A DNA stretch of 64,000 nucleotides from Nitrospirota bacterium. GTDB taxonomy: Bacteria > Nitrospirota > Thermodesulfovibrionia > Thermodesulfovibrionales > JdFR-86. The stretch covers positions 224,001-288,000 of the forward strand of contig CAVRJY010000002.1 in NCBI GenBank assembly GCA_963721805.1, written 5' to 3'. How positions within the stretch are numbered: the first letter of the stretch is position 1; every line of letters starts with the position of its first letter. The position numbers and the translations under genes were made by a program. The notes under the pieces were generated by a model. The model ran no database searches. It was not told where the DNA came from and saw only the letters and a program-made list of their open reading frames with translations. Positions 51,678 through 59,611 of this stretch are shown here, piece after piece.

Positions 51678-52961
51678 ATGGCCCCTGAGATAACAGCCCC
51701 GCGCTCGCCGCGCTACAAGTGGTGGGTCGTCTTCATGCTCTGGGGCGTATGCTTCTTCAATTACGCCGACCGGCAGGCGATCTACTCGGTCTTCCCGGTG
51801 CTCAAAGACGAGCTCGGGCTCGACAAGGTCCAGCTCGGGCTCATAGGCTCGGCCTTCATGTGGGTCTACGCGGCCGGCGCGCCGTTTGCCGGGTTCGTCA
51901 GCGACCGCATGAGGCGTAAGACGCTCATACTCGGGGGCTGCGCGTTTTGGAGCGTAGTGACCATGGCCACCGGCTGGTGCTCGCGGCTCTGGCAGTTCGT
52001 CACGGTCCGGGCGCTCGAGGGCTTCGGCGAGACGTTCTATTTCCCTGCGTCGATGGCCCTGATCAGCGATTACCACGGCCCGGACACGCGCTCGCGTGCG
52101 CTATCGTTCCACCAGTCGAGCGTGTATGCCGGGACTATCATGGGAAGCTGGCTCGGCGCATGGTTTGCGGAGCACATTGGCTGGAGGATGGGTTTTTACT
52201 TTTTTGGTTCAGCTGGAATCGTACTCTCGGTGGTTCTTTGGCGCGCCTTGCGCGAGCCCGTGCGCGGCGAGGCCGAGGCGGTGGCACAGGCCGAGGCACT
52301 CCCGCCCCTGCCGCTTAAGGAAACCGCCAAGGTCATATTCCATAACCCGATGGTGATACTTTTGATGCTCGCGTTTCTGGCCGCGAACTTCGTCGCGACG
52401 ATATTCCTGACATGGACGCCGACCTTTCTGGTCGAGAAGTTCAACTTCCACCTGACGACGGCCGGGCTTTCGGGCGCTGTATTCATCCACCTCGCGAGCG
52501 CGGCGAGCGTGCCGTTTGGCGGGATCATGGCCGACAGGTTCTCGCGCCGGATGGCCGGGGGGAGAATGCTCGTGCAGGCTATAGGGCTGCTGGTAGGCTC
52601 TGAGTTCGTGTTCCTGATCGGCACGACCGCGGACGTGACGACGCTCCTTATATCGATGGTCTGCTTCGGGCTCTGTAAGGGGCTCTACGACTCGAATATC
52701 TTCGCATCGCTCTATGACGCTATAGAGCCCCGAGCCCGCGCGAGCGCGGCCGGGGTGATGAACGCGGTCGGGTGGGGCGGGGGCGCGCTCGGGCCGCTCG
52801 CGCTCGGCATATTCTCTAAATACGGAGGGCAGCCCACGGAGATGGAGAACATGAGCCTCGCGATCTCTTACTGCGCCGCGATCTACATAGCCGGGGCCGG
52901 GCTGCTCATGGCCAATATCGTGCTGTTCGCCAAGGATCACTCGATCAGACAATCCTCTTAA
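51678..52961 (+). CDS. MFS transporter
   Basis: NYADRQ, GFVSDRMRRK motif A, RALEGFGE, about 12 TM. Confidence 0.93.
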   Translation: MAPEITAPRSPRYKWWVVFMLWGVCFFNYADRQAIYSVFPVLKDELGLDKVQLGLIGSAFMWVYAAGAPFAGFVSDRMRRKTLILGGCAFWSVVTMATGWCSRLWQFVTVRALEGFGETFYFPASMALISDYHGPDTRSRALSFHQSSVYAGTIMGSWLGAWFAEHIGWRMGFYFFGSAGIVLSVVLWRALREPVRGEAEAVAQAEALPPLPLKETAKVIFHNPMVILLMLAFLAANFVATIFLTWTPTFLVEKFNFHLTTAGLSGAVFIHLASAASVPFGGIMADRFSRRMAGGRMLVQAIGLLVGSEFVFLIGTTADVTTLLISMVCFGLCKGLYDSNIFASLYDAIEPRARASAAGVMNAVGWGGGALGPLALGIFSKYGGQPTEMENMSLAISYCAAIYIAGAGLLMANIVLFAKDHSIRQSS

Positions 52962-52998
52962 TCTATTTTCCTGCCGATAATATCAATTGTTGACTGAG

Positions 52999-53021
52999 AA
53001 AGTGGCCGGCCGGCCACTTTT
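52999..53021 (+). terminator. Probable terminator after the MFS gene
   Basis: Perfect palindrome AAAGTGGCCGGCCGGCCACTTT. Confidence 0.55.
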
Positions 53022-53024
53022 AAA

Positions 53025-53074
53025 TGAGCGGGGTCTTTCCCGCGAATAGCTGCCACGGGACGCTGTCCCGAATA
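53025..53074 (+). repeat. Structured repeat family B, copy 3
   Basis: TGAGCGGG-gtcttt-CCCGCGAATA-n7-CGGGACGCTGTCCCG-AATA. Confidence 0.6.
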
Positions 53075-53104
53075 CTTGACAAAATTACTCGGGTATTATA
53101 ATCT
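53072..53104 (+). promoter_or_regulatory. IscR type-1-like operator overlapping a sigma70 promoter
   Basis: ATACTTGACAAAATTACTCGGGTAT (53072-53096) matches ATASYYGACTRWWWYAGTCRRSTAT at 23/25 positions. Promoter TTGACA-17-TAATCT. Confidence 0.8.
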
Positions 53105-53110
53105 TTATTC

Positions 53111-53593
53111 ATGTTGAGGCTATCGACAAAGGGACAGTACGGCGTGCGGGCGATGGTCGAGGTCGCGCGCGGGTATCCGGCCGAGACGACCTCGATAAAG
53201 GAGATCTCGGCCCGGCAGGACGTCTCGGTGGCCTATCTGGAGCAGATACTGAGCACGCTTAGGCGCGCCGGGCTGATCACGAGCGTCAAGGGCCCGGGCG
53301 GCGGTTACAGGCTCAGCCGCCCTCCAAAGGAGGTCAGCATCGGGTTGATACTGCGTGCGCTGGAGGGTCCGGTCGCGATCACCTCGTGCATGGACCCGGC
53401 CGAGGGGTGCGTCAGGGCCGACAGCTGCGTGAGCCACCTGCTCTGGAAGTCCCTCGGCGAGAAGATCGAGGGGTTCCTCGATACGATCTCTCTAGAGACC
53501 CTCCTTGCCGAGGAGCGCCAGCTTCTGAGAAAACGCCCCGCCGCCCTTCGTATCGTCGGACGCAAGGGAGGGAAGGCGGTAGCCTCGGCATGA
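53111..53593 (+). CDS. iscR: Rrf2-family regulator, IscR-like
   Basis: LSTKGQYGVRAM, YLEQIL, SVKGPGGGY, three Cys plus His (C..C..CVSH). Confidence 0.85.
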   Translation: MLRLSTKGQYGVRAMVEVARGYPAETTSIKEISARQDVSVAYLEQILSTLRRAGLITSVKGPGGGYRLSRPPKEVSIGLILRALEGPVAITSCMDPAEGCVRADSCVSHLLWKSLGEKIEGFLDTISLETLLAEERQLLRKRPAALRIVGRKGGKAVASA

Positions 53594-53853
53594 CGATCAA
53601 GTTCGTAAACGACGTGCACGCGGACGTTACGACTGACGTTGTGTACATGATGTGCCCGATGCATCTGCTGAAGCTCGAGGAGATGATAAAGGAGATAGAG
53701 CCGGGGCAGGTGCTCGAGATTCTGACGGACTACGACGGCGCGCTCGAGGACATACCGGCATGGTGCGAGAAGCACGGCCACGAGTTCATAGGGATAGACG
53801 AGGCCGAGGATTTCTACAAGTTCTATATAAGAAAGAGGAAGGAGGGCTGCTAA
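53590..53853 (+). CDS. TusA-family sulfur carrier
   Basis: D....CPMH, GQVLEILTD...DIPAWC. Start overlaps the iscR stop (ATGA). Confidence 0.88.
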   Translation: MTIKFVNDVHADVTTDVVYMMCPMHLLKLEEMIKEIEPGQVLEILTDYDGALEDIPAWCEKHGHEFIGIDEAEDFYKFYIRKRKEGC

Positions 53854-53856
53854 GAG

Positions 53857-55065
53857 ATGGGCGCAAGGTATTTTGACCATGTGGCAACGAATCCGCTGAG
53901 GGCCGACGTGCTCGAGGCGATGCTCCCGTATTTCAAGGAGGAGTTCGGCAACCCGTTGAGCAACTACCGGCTCGGCGTTGCGGCGCGCGAGGCGATAGAG
54001 AAGGCAAGGGGACAGGTAGGAGAGCTTATAGGCGCGAAGCCCCAGGCTGTCATATTCACCGCAAGCGGGGCGGAGTCCAACAACATGGCCCTGCGCGGCT
54101 TGGCGCTGGCCAAGAAGGACAAGGGCACGCACGTCATAGTCTCGAAGGTCGAGCACCACTCGGTTCTGAACGCGGCGAGGTTTCTGGAGAAGTCCGGCTT
54201 CACCGTGACGTACCTGCCGATTGACGGCCACGGGCTGGTTACGCCAGAGGTGCTCAAGAAGTCCATGACCAAGGAGACCGTGCTCGTATCGGTCTCGGCC
54301 GCGAGCTCGGAGGTAGGCACGATAGAGCCGACCGCGGAACTCGCGAAGGTCGCGCACGAGGGCGGGGCGCTGTTTCACGCCGACGGGGTGGCCACGACCG
54401 GCAATATCCCGGTTGACGTGAAGGCAATGGGCGTTGACGCCTACAGTATCGCGGCGCATCAGTTTTACGGCCCCAAGGGCGCCGGAGCGCTATACGTAAA
54501 AGAGGGCACGCGCATCGTGCCGCTGATATACGGCGGGATTCAGGAGGGCGGACGCCGCGCGGGCACCGAGAACGTCCCGGCGATCGTCGGGATGGGCGCG
54601 GCGGCCGCGATAGCGCGCGCTTCCCTTGAGGGGCGCATGGCTCACTTGCTGCCGCTTCGAGACAAACTCATCGCCGGGGTGATGGAGCGCATACCTAACG
54701 TTCTGTTTACCGGAGCCCCGGCCGACCGCCTTCCGGGCCACGCGAGCTTCTGCGTGGAGTACATAGAAGGCGAGTCGATGATGATGCTATTGGAGGCGCG
54801 CGAGATACTGGTCGCGAGCGGCTCGGCCTGCTCCTCTAAGGCATTGAAATCATCGCCCGTGCTGCTGTCGATGGGCATACCGTCGCACGTGGCTCAGGGC
54901 TCTGTCGTATTTACTATGGGCGAGGGCACGACGGAGGACGACGTGACGTACGTCCTAGAGACGTTCCCCCAGATAGTGACGAGGCTTCGCGAAATCTCCC
55001 CCTACGCCGGAGGACGCGGCTGGGGCGAAAACCAGGAGGGCGCAACATGTATTCCCCAAAAGTAA
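53857..55065 (+). CDS. IscS/NifS homolog lacking the PLP Schiff-base lysine
   Basis: YFDHVAT, FGNPLS, EHHSV, GTENV and SGSACSS present, but HQFYGPKG replaces HKxxGPKG. Confidence 0.9.
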   Translation: MGARYFDHVATNPLRADVLEAMLPYFKEEFGNPLSNYRLGVAAREAIEKARGQVGELIGAKPQAVIFTASGAESNNMALRGLALAKKDKGTHVIVSKVEHHSVLNAARFLEKSGFTVTYLPIDGHGLVTPEVLKKSMTKETVLVSVSAASSEVGTIEPTAELAKVAHEGGALFHADGVATTGNIPVDVKAMGVDAYSIAAHQFYGPKGAGALYVKEGTRIVPLIYGGIQEGGRRAGTENVPAIVGMGAAAAIARASLEGRMAHLLPLRDKLIAGVMERIPNVLFTGAPADRLPGHASFCVEYIEGESMMMLLEAREILVASGSACSSKALKSSPVLLSMGIPSHVAQGSVVFTMGEGTTEDDVTYVLETFPQIVTRLREISPYAGGRGWGENQEGATCIPQK

Positions 55066-55418
55066 TGGAACACTTCATGAACCCGCGCAACGTGGGCGAG
55101 ATCGAAAACCCCGACGGCGTGGGCGAGGTCGGCAACCCGACCTGCGGCGACGCGATGAGGATCACGATCAAGGTCAAGGACGGCATCATCGAGGACGTGA
55201 AGTTCCGCACCTTCGGATGCGGCTCGGCCATCGCGGTCAGCAGCATGGTGACCGAGATGGTCAAGGGCAAGACGCTTGACGAGGGGCTCGCCATCACCAA
55301 GGACGCCGTAGCCAGCGAGCTGGGAGGCCTGCCGCCCCAGAAGATGCACTGCTCCAACCTCGGGGCCGATGCCCTGCACGCGGCCATAGCCGACTACAAA
55401 AAGAAACACCCGCAGTGA
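55047..55418 (+). CDS. iscU: Fe-S scaffold IscU/NifU-N
   Basis: YSPKVMEHF, GNPTCGD, FGCGSAIA, KMHCS. Confidence 0.93.
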   Translation: MYSPKVMEHFMNPRNVGEIENPDGVGEVGNPTCGDAMRITIKVKDGIIEDVKFRTFGCGSAIAVSSMVTEMVKGKTLDEGLAITKDAVASELGGLPPQKMHCSNLGADALHAAIADYKKKHPQ

Positions 55419-55655
55419 TTCTCTCGCCCCGCGGAGCGGCCCCAACAGGCCGCTTCGCGGCCGGGGCAGACTGAAACCAGCGGCAGCCGGGCGTTTTGAG
55501 TGCTGCCGCCCCCTCATGCGCCGCCAGCCGGTGCTTTCGAAAAAATGCGCGGATCGGCCCGTTTTTCGCTTGACATTTTTTTCGCGGATAGGGTATTTTT
55601 AACGTCCAAGAGGGGATTCCTCTCAATAAGTCGAAACTGAGCGAGGGTAAGAGGA

Positions 55656-56072
55656 TTGTATGCTCTAGGGTCCCATTTGTTGATTGAGCTTCGAGAGTGC
55701 GACTCCGAAGTGCTCAATAGTCTGGAGAGGGTTCGCGGGGCGCTTATCGCCGCCGCCGAACATGCGAAAGCAACTATTGTCGACGTATCATTCCACGAGT
55801 TCAACCCCTTCGGGATAAGCGGCATGGTCATCATAGCCGAATCCCACCTCAGCATCCACACATGGCCCGAGTTCGGGTACGCCGCGGTGGACATATTCAC
55901 CTGCGGAGACCTCATCAAGCCCGAAAGCGCGGCGGCGTTCCTGATCGAGGCGTTCGGCTCCAAGAGCCCCTCGGTGGTTGAGATGAAACGGGGGATACTC
56001 TCTCCGGCCGACAACAAACGATTACCCCATAAGTTCTCCGAATGCGAGGGGCTGCTCCAACCCATCGACTAA
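55656..56072 (+). CDS. speD: S-adenosylmethionine decarboxylase proenzyme
   Basis: LGSHLL, AESHLSIHTWPE, DIFTCG. TTG start after SD AGAGG. Confidence 0.9.
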   Translation: MYALGSHLLIELRECDSEVLNSLERVRGALIAAAEHAKATIVDVSFHEFNPFGISGMVIIAESHLSIHTWPEFGYAAVDIFTCGDLIKPESAAAFLIEAFGSKSPSVVEMKRGILSPADNKRLPHKFSECEGLLQPID

Positions 56073-56102
56073 GCGGACACAATCCTTAATCTGCGTAATG
56101 CC

Positions 56103-56135
56103 AGGGCTCCGGTAAAACGGAGCCCTTTCTTTTTT
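56103..56135 (+). terminator. Intrinsic terminator after speD
   Basis: AGGGCTCCG-gtaaaa-CGGAGCCCT followed by a T-rich tail. Confidence 0.88.
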
Positions 56136-56260
56136 GAAAGCGCGTTAAATACGCGTGATACGTTGTCACGGCTTCGAAGACGCGCCCTCGGAGTACGTCT
56201 CAGTACACCGTCGGGCGGTCTTCTTGCCCTTCCTAGTCTGACGCGATTTATCGCGCTTTG
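56136..56260. repeat. Structured repeat family A, copy 2
   Basis: Colinear with 28558-28685, with compensatory stem changes. Confidence 0.8.
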
Positions 56261-56319
56261 CGAAGTGCGCGGCTCCGCCGCTGCCTCCGCGCCTCGTGGT
56301 CAGCGGCATTATTCAGAGA

Positions 56320-56379
56320 TGAGCGCTATCGCGCGAATAGGGACCGGGGGCCAGTCGGCCCCCGGCCCCCTTCCGAATA
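56320..56379 (+). repeat. Structured repeat family B, copy 4
   Basis: TGAGCGC-tatc-GCGCGAATA, then hairpin CCGGGGGCC-agtc-GGCCCCCGG and a further CGAATA. Confidence 0.6.
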
Positions 56380-56388
56380 AGATGCTGA

Positions 56389-56550
56389 TTACTTCTCTGA
56401 GCCGCAACAGGACTGAGACGGCGCATTTTTTCCGCCGCAGCAGCCTTTGAACATGGACATGCAGCTCTCCTTGAAGCCCTCGCCGGTAAAGTTGATCTGG
56501 CAACCGTCCTCGGTCTCGGACACCTTCATGCTACAGCATTCCTTTTCCAT
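56389..56550 (-). CDS. 53-aa Cys-rich putative metal(loid)-binding protein, absent from the ORF track
   Basis: MEKECCSMKVSETEDGCQINFTGEGFKESCMSMFKGCCGGKNAPSQSCCGSEK. SD GGGAGGTG. Confidence 0.85.
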   Translation of the reverse strand: MEKECCSMKVSETEDGCQINFTGEGFKESCMSMFKGCCGGKNAPSQSCCGSEK

Positions 56551-56580
56551 GATTATTCACCTCCCTTCAGCCTCTGACTA

Positions 56581-56596
56581 TTCGAGAACACTCGAA
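56581..56596. promoter_or_regulatory. Candidate ArsR operator
   Basis: TTCGA-n6-TCGAA palindrome. A related TTCCA-n6-TAGAA at 56950-56965 overlaps the arsR -10 box and start. Confidence 0.55.
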
Positions 56597-56616
56597 CAAA
56601 GCGCGCAAAAAAAAGG

Positions 56617-56955
56617 CTATTCCAGAAATTTTTTGATCGCCTCCACCGCAGCGCTGTTGACCTTGCAGCGGAAGAGCTGCCCGTCGCGCTCGCAGGTCAC
56701 GAGCCCGGCGGCCTGCAGCTCCTTGAAGTGGTGCGATATCGTCGAGCGCGAGAGATCCATGCAGTCGCAGACCTGTGTGAAGGCCCTCTCGATGCCCCCT
56801 TCAGAGCCACAGCAGGAGCTCCCCTTCATGCGAAACTCTGCGCCGACCATCGACCCCTCCGGCACGCAGCAGTTTTTGTAGAGCATGACGAATATCCTGA
56901 GCCGCTGCTCGTTGGAGAGGGCCTTGAAGATCCTGGCATAGTTCGAAAGTTCCAC
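56617..56955 (-). CDS. ArsR/SmtB family transcriptional regulator
   Basis: FKALSNEQRLRIF, SRSTISHHFKEL..AGLV, two CC pairs. Promoter TTGACA-17-TATTCT at 56962-56990 implies a GTG start at 56955. Confidence 0.9.
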   Translation of the reverse strand: MELSNYARIFKALSNEQRLRIFVMLYKNCCVPEGSMVGAEFRMKGSSCCGSEGGIERAFTQVCDCMDLSRSTISHHFKELQAAGLVTCERDGQLFRCKVNSAAVEAIKKFLE

Positions 56956-57012
56956 GATCATAGAATAACAGTATCTCCAGCCCTTGTCAAGCGGGGGGGC
57001 TATTGATCCGTT

Positions 57013-59481
57013 TTAAGTGACCGCGCGAGGGACGAGCCACCTGATCAGCCACACCTTTATCGCGTCATTGACGCCGAGGCATGCGAGGAACGCGTACCCA
57101 AGGATCGTGAGCGTCTGCCACCATGGAAGGGGCATGAGGCCGGGCAGGCCGACGAGGGTCAGGGCGGTGCCGATCAGGGTCTCGGCGATGGTCGCGCCCA
57201 TCAGGGTCTTGCTCGGCATCGTAGTCCAGAACCAGCTTCGCTCCCTCCCGGAGATGATCGAGACCGTACCGAAGTAAAGCAGCGTCAGGAAGCTGAAGGT
57301 GTAAAGCGCATTGTCGCTGGTCGCGAGCCCGAAACGCGTCCAGCATATCCACAGGAGCAGCAGGGCCTCGACGAGCGTCGCGATGCCGATAGCGACCGAG
57401 ACGATGATGAACCCGCCGATCCGCCATGTCTCTGGTCTCCTCGAGGGACGGACGTTGTCCGTGGCGAGCGATATCTTTCCGGCGTCGGTCAGGAAGACCT
57501 GAAGCAGCATCGCGAAGGCCGAGATGACGAAATGGCCGGTTATGACGAACGCGACCGCGACGAACGCGGACTTAAGGATCGTCCGGCTGATCTTGTTGAT
57601 GATCCACGTAAGGATGCGCTGGTAGATCGTCCGGCCCTGCGTTACGAGCTCGACTATGTTCGTCAGGCCGGGCTCGGTGAGCACGACGCTCGCAGCGCCC
57701 TTGGCCACGTCGGTCGCGGCGCTGACGGCTATGCCGACCTCGGCCTGCCGGAGCGCGGGGGCGTCGTTTACGCCGTCGCCGGTCATGCCGGTGACATGGC
57801 CCGCGGCCTGGAGGTGCTGCACCACGATGTACTTGTCCTCGGGATAGACCTCGGCGAACCCGTCCGCGCCCCTTAGCAGGTCGACCGCCTCGCCTCCGGG
57901 CTGCGCTGCCGCCGCCTTCAGGTCGGCCACGCGCCGGATGTTCGGAAGCCCTACGCCCGCGCCGATCTCAGAGCCCACCGCGAGCGCATCTCCGGTGAGC
58001 ATCTTGACCGAGACGCCGAGGTCTTTGAGTTCCGCGATCAGCTCCCTGGCGTCCGGACGGGGCGGGTCATACAGTGTGACCAGCCCTAGAAGCGTGAGCG
58101 GGCCGGTCTCGGGCCCGCGCGCTACAGCGAGCGTCCTGTAGCCCTTTGAAGCCGAATCGCTGACACGCGCCTCCAGGGCCTCAATCTCCGGGAGCGCGAG
58201 CCCGCAGGCCGCGGCTACCGTGCGCACAGCGCCCTTGATCACCCTTGTGCGCTGGCCGAACTGCTCGACCAATGCTTCAGTGCGCCTGATTTTCGCGTCA
58301 AACGGGATGAACGATATTGGGGTGGCCGGTGCGATGTTGTTAAACGCGCCCCGGGCCTTCGCCGCGGCGAGGAAGGCCAGGTCGATCGGATCCTGATTGG
58401 CCTCCTGCGAGGCCAGCGCCCCGGCGGCCAGCACCCCGGCCTCGGTGGCATGCCCGATCGGGATAACTCCGGTTACGGCGAGCTGGTTTTGCGTGATCGT
58501 GCCGGTCTTGTCCACGCACAGGACGTCCATCGTCGCTGCGTCCTCCGAGGCGCTCAGCCGCGTGACCAGCACGCCGCGCTTGGCGAGTTCGTTGGAGCCG
58601 ACGGCCATGCTTACGGTGAACATCACCGGCAGCGCCACAGGCACCGCGCTCATCAGGAGCACGAGCAGCAGCGGGAGCACCTCCAGGATCGGCAGGCCGC
58701 GCAGCAGCGACATCACGGCCACGACTGCCATCAGCACGCCCACGATCACGAAGAGCCAGCGCACGATGCCGGCCACGACCCCCTCGATATGGAGCTTGGG
58801 GCGCGCCTGCTGGACGAGTTCGGTGGTGCGGCCGAAATACGTCTTCGCGCCGGTGAGTATGACCACGCCGTTGCCCTCGCCCCGGCGCACGACCGATCCC
58901 GAGGAGAGCACCTCGCCGGGTGCACGGTTTACGTCCCTCGACTCTCCGGTGAGCACGGACTGGTCGACCCGCAGGGTCCCGGTGAGGAGTTTAATGTCCG
59001 CAGGGACGATATCGCCCGGCCGCACGCGGACTATATCGCCCGGCACGAGTTCGCGGGCCGCTATGACCTGCCATGCGGCATCGCGCAGGACGCGGGCGCT
59101 GACCTGGAGCCTCCGCCGCAGCGCCTCGACCACGCCCGCCGCGCGGAGCTCCTGCATGTAGCTTAGCGCGGCGTTGACGACCAGAAGCGCGCTTACGACC
59201 GCGAGGTCGGAGTATTTGTGGAGCGCGGCCGAGAGCGCCATGATCACCTCGAGCATCCAGGCCGAGAGGCCCCAGAACTTGCTAAGGAACATCAGGACCG
59301 GGTGCTTCTTTCGCTCCGTGACCTCGTTGTAGCCGTGCTCATGCAGGCGAAGCTGCGCCTCGGCCTGCGTCAGGCCGGCCGCGGGGTCCACGCGGAGCGC
59401 GGCGAGGGTGTCAGCGACCGTAGCGGCCGCGATGTCCGGTGCGGCCGCAGGGCCGGCAGCTGTCGGGCCATGTTGCTCCAT
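57013..59481 (-). CDS. Plasma-membrane proton-efflux P-type ATPase (P3A-like)
   Basis: DQSVLTGES, PVALP, DKTGT, PFD, KGA, DPPRPD, MLTGD, TGDGVNDAPAL. Confidence 0.88.
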   Translation of the reverse strand: MEQHGPTAAGPAAAPDIAAATVADTLAALRVDPAAGLTQAEAQLRLHEHGYNEVTERKKHPVLMFLSKFWGLSAWMLEVIMALSAALHKYSDLAVVSALLVVNAALSYMQELRAAGVVEALRRRLQVSARVLRDAAWQVIAARELVPGDIVRVRPGDIVPADIKLLTGTLRVDQSVLTGESRDVNRAPGEVLSSGSVVRRGEGNGVVILTGAKTYFGRTTELVQQARPKLHIEGVVAGIVRWLFVIVGVLMAVVAVMSLLRGLPILEVLPLLLVLLMSAVPVALPVMFTVSMAVGSNELAKRGVLVTRLSASEDAATMDVLCVDKTGTITQNQLAVTGVIPIGHATEAGVLAAGALASQEANQDPIDLAFLAAAKARGAFNNIAPATPISFIPFDAKIRRTEALVEQFGQRTRVIKGAVRTVAAACGLALPEIEALEARVSDSASKGYRTLAVARGPETGPLTLLGLVTLYDPPRPDARELIAELKDLGVSVKMLTGDALAVGSEIGAGVGLPNIRRVADLKAAAAQPGGEAVDLLRGADGFAEVYPEDKYIVVQHLQAAGHVTGMTGDGVNDAPALRQAEVGIAVSAATDVAKGAASVVLTEPGLTNIVELVTQGRTIYQRILTWIINKISRTILKSAFVAVAFVITGHFVISAFAMLLQVFLTDAGKISLATDNVRPSRRPETWRIGGFIIVSVAIGIATLVEALLLLWICWTRFGLATSDNALYTFSFLTLLYFGTVSIISGRERSWFWTTMPSKTLMGATIAETLIGTALTLVGLPGLMPLPWWQTLTILGYAFLACLGVNDAIKVWLIRWLVPRAVT

Positions 59482-59611
59482 GTCTCAAAGATACCACAGC
59501 CGCGGCTCTCATGCCAGGGATGGCAAGCCCGGCGGCCTTGTTGCGCGGCCCGCTGGCAGGTGATAACATTTAGTACGGCGCAGTCTCCTTAAGAGTGTAT
59601 GGGGGTAAAGA

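Noticed and set aside
55570..55655. SAM-I or spermidine riboswitch upstream of speD
   Set aside because: The leader is only about 55 nt with one short hairpin (GAGGGG/CCTCTC). The SAM-I core and a terminator are absent.
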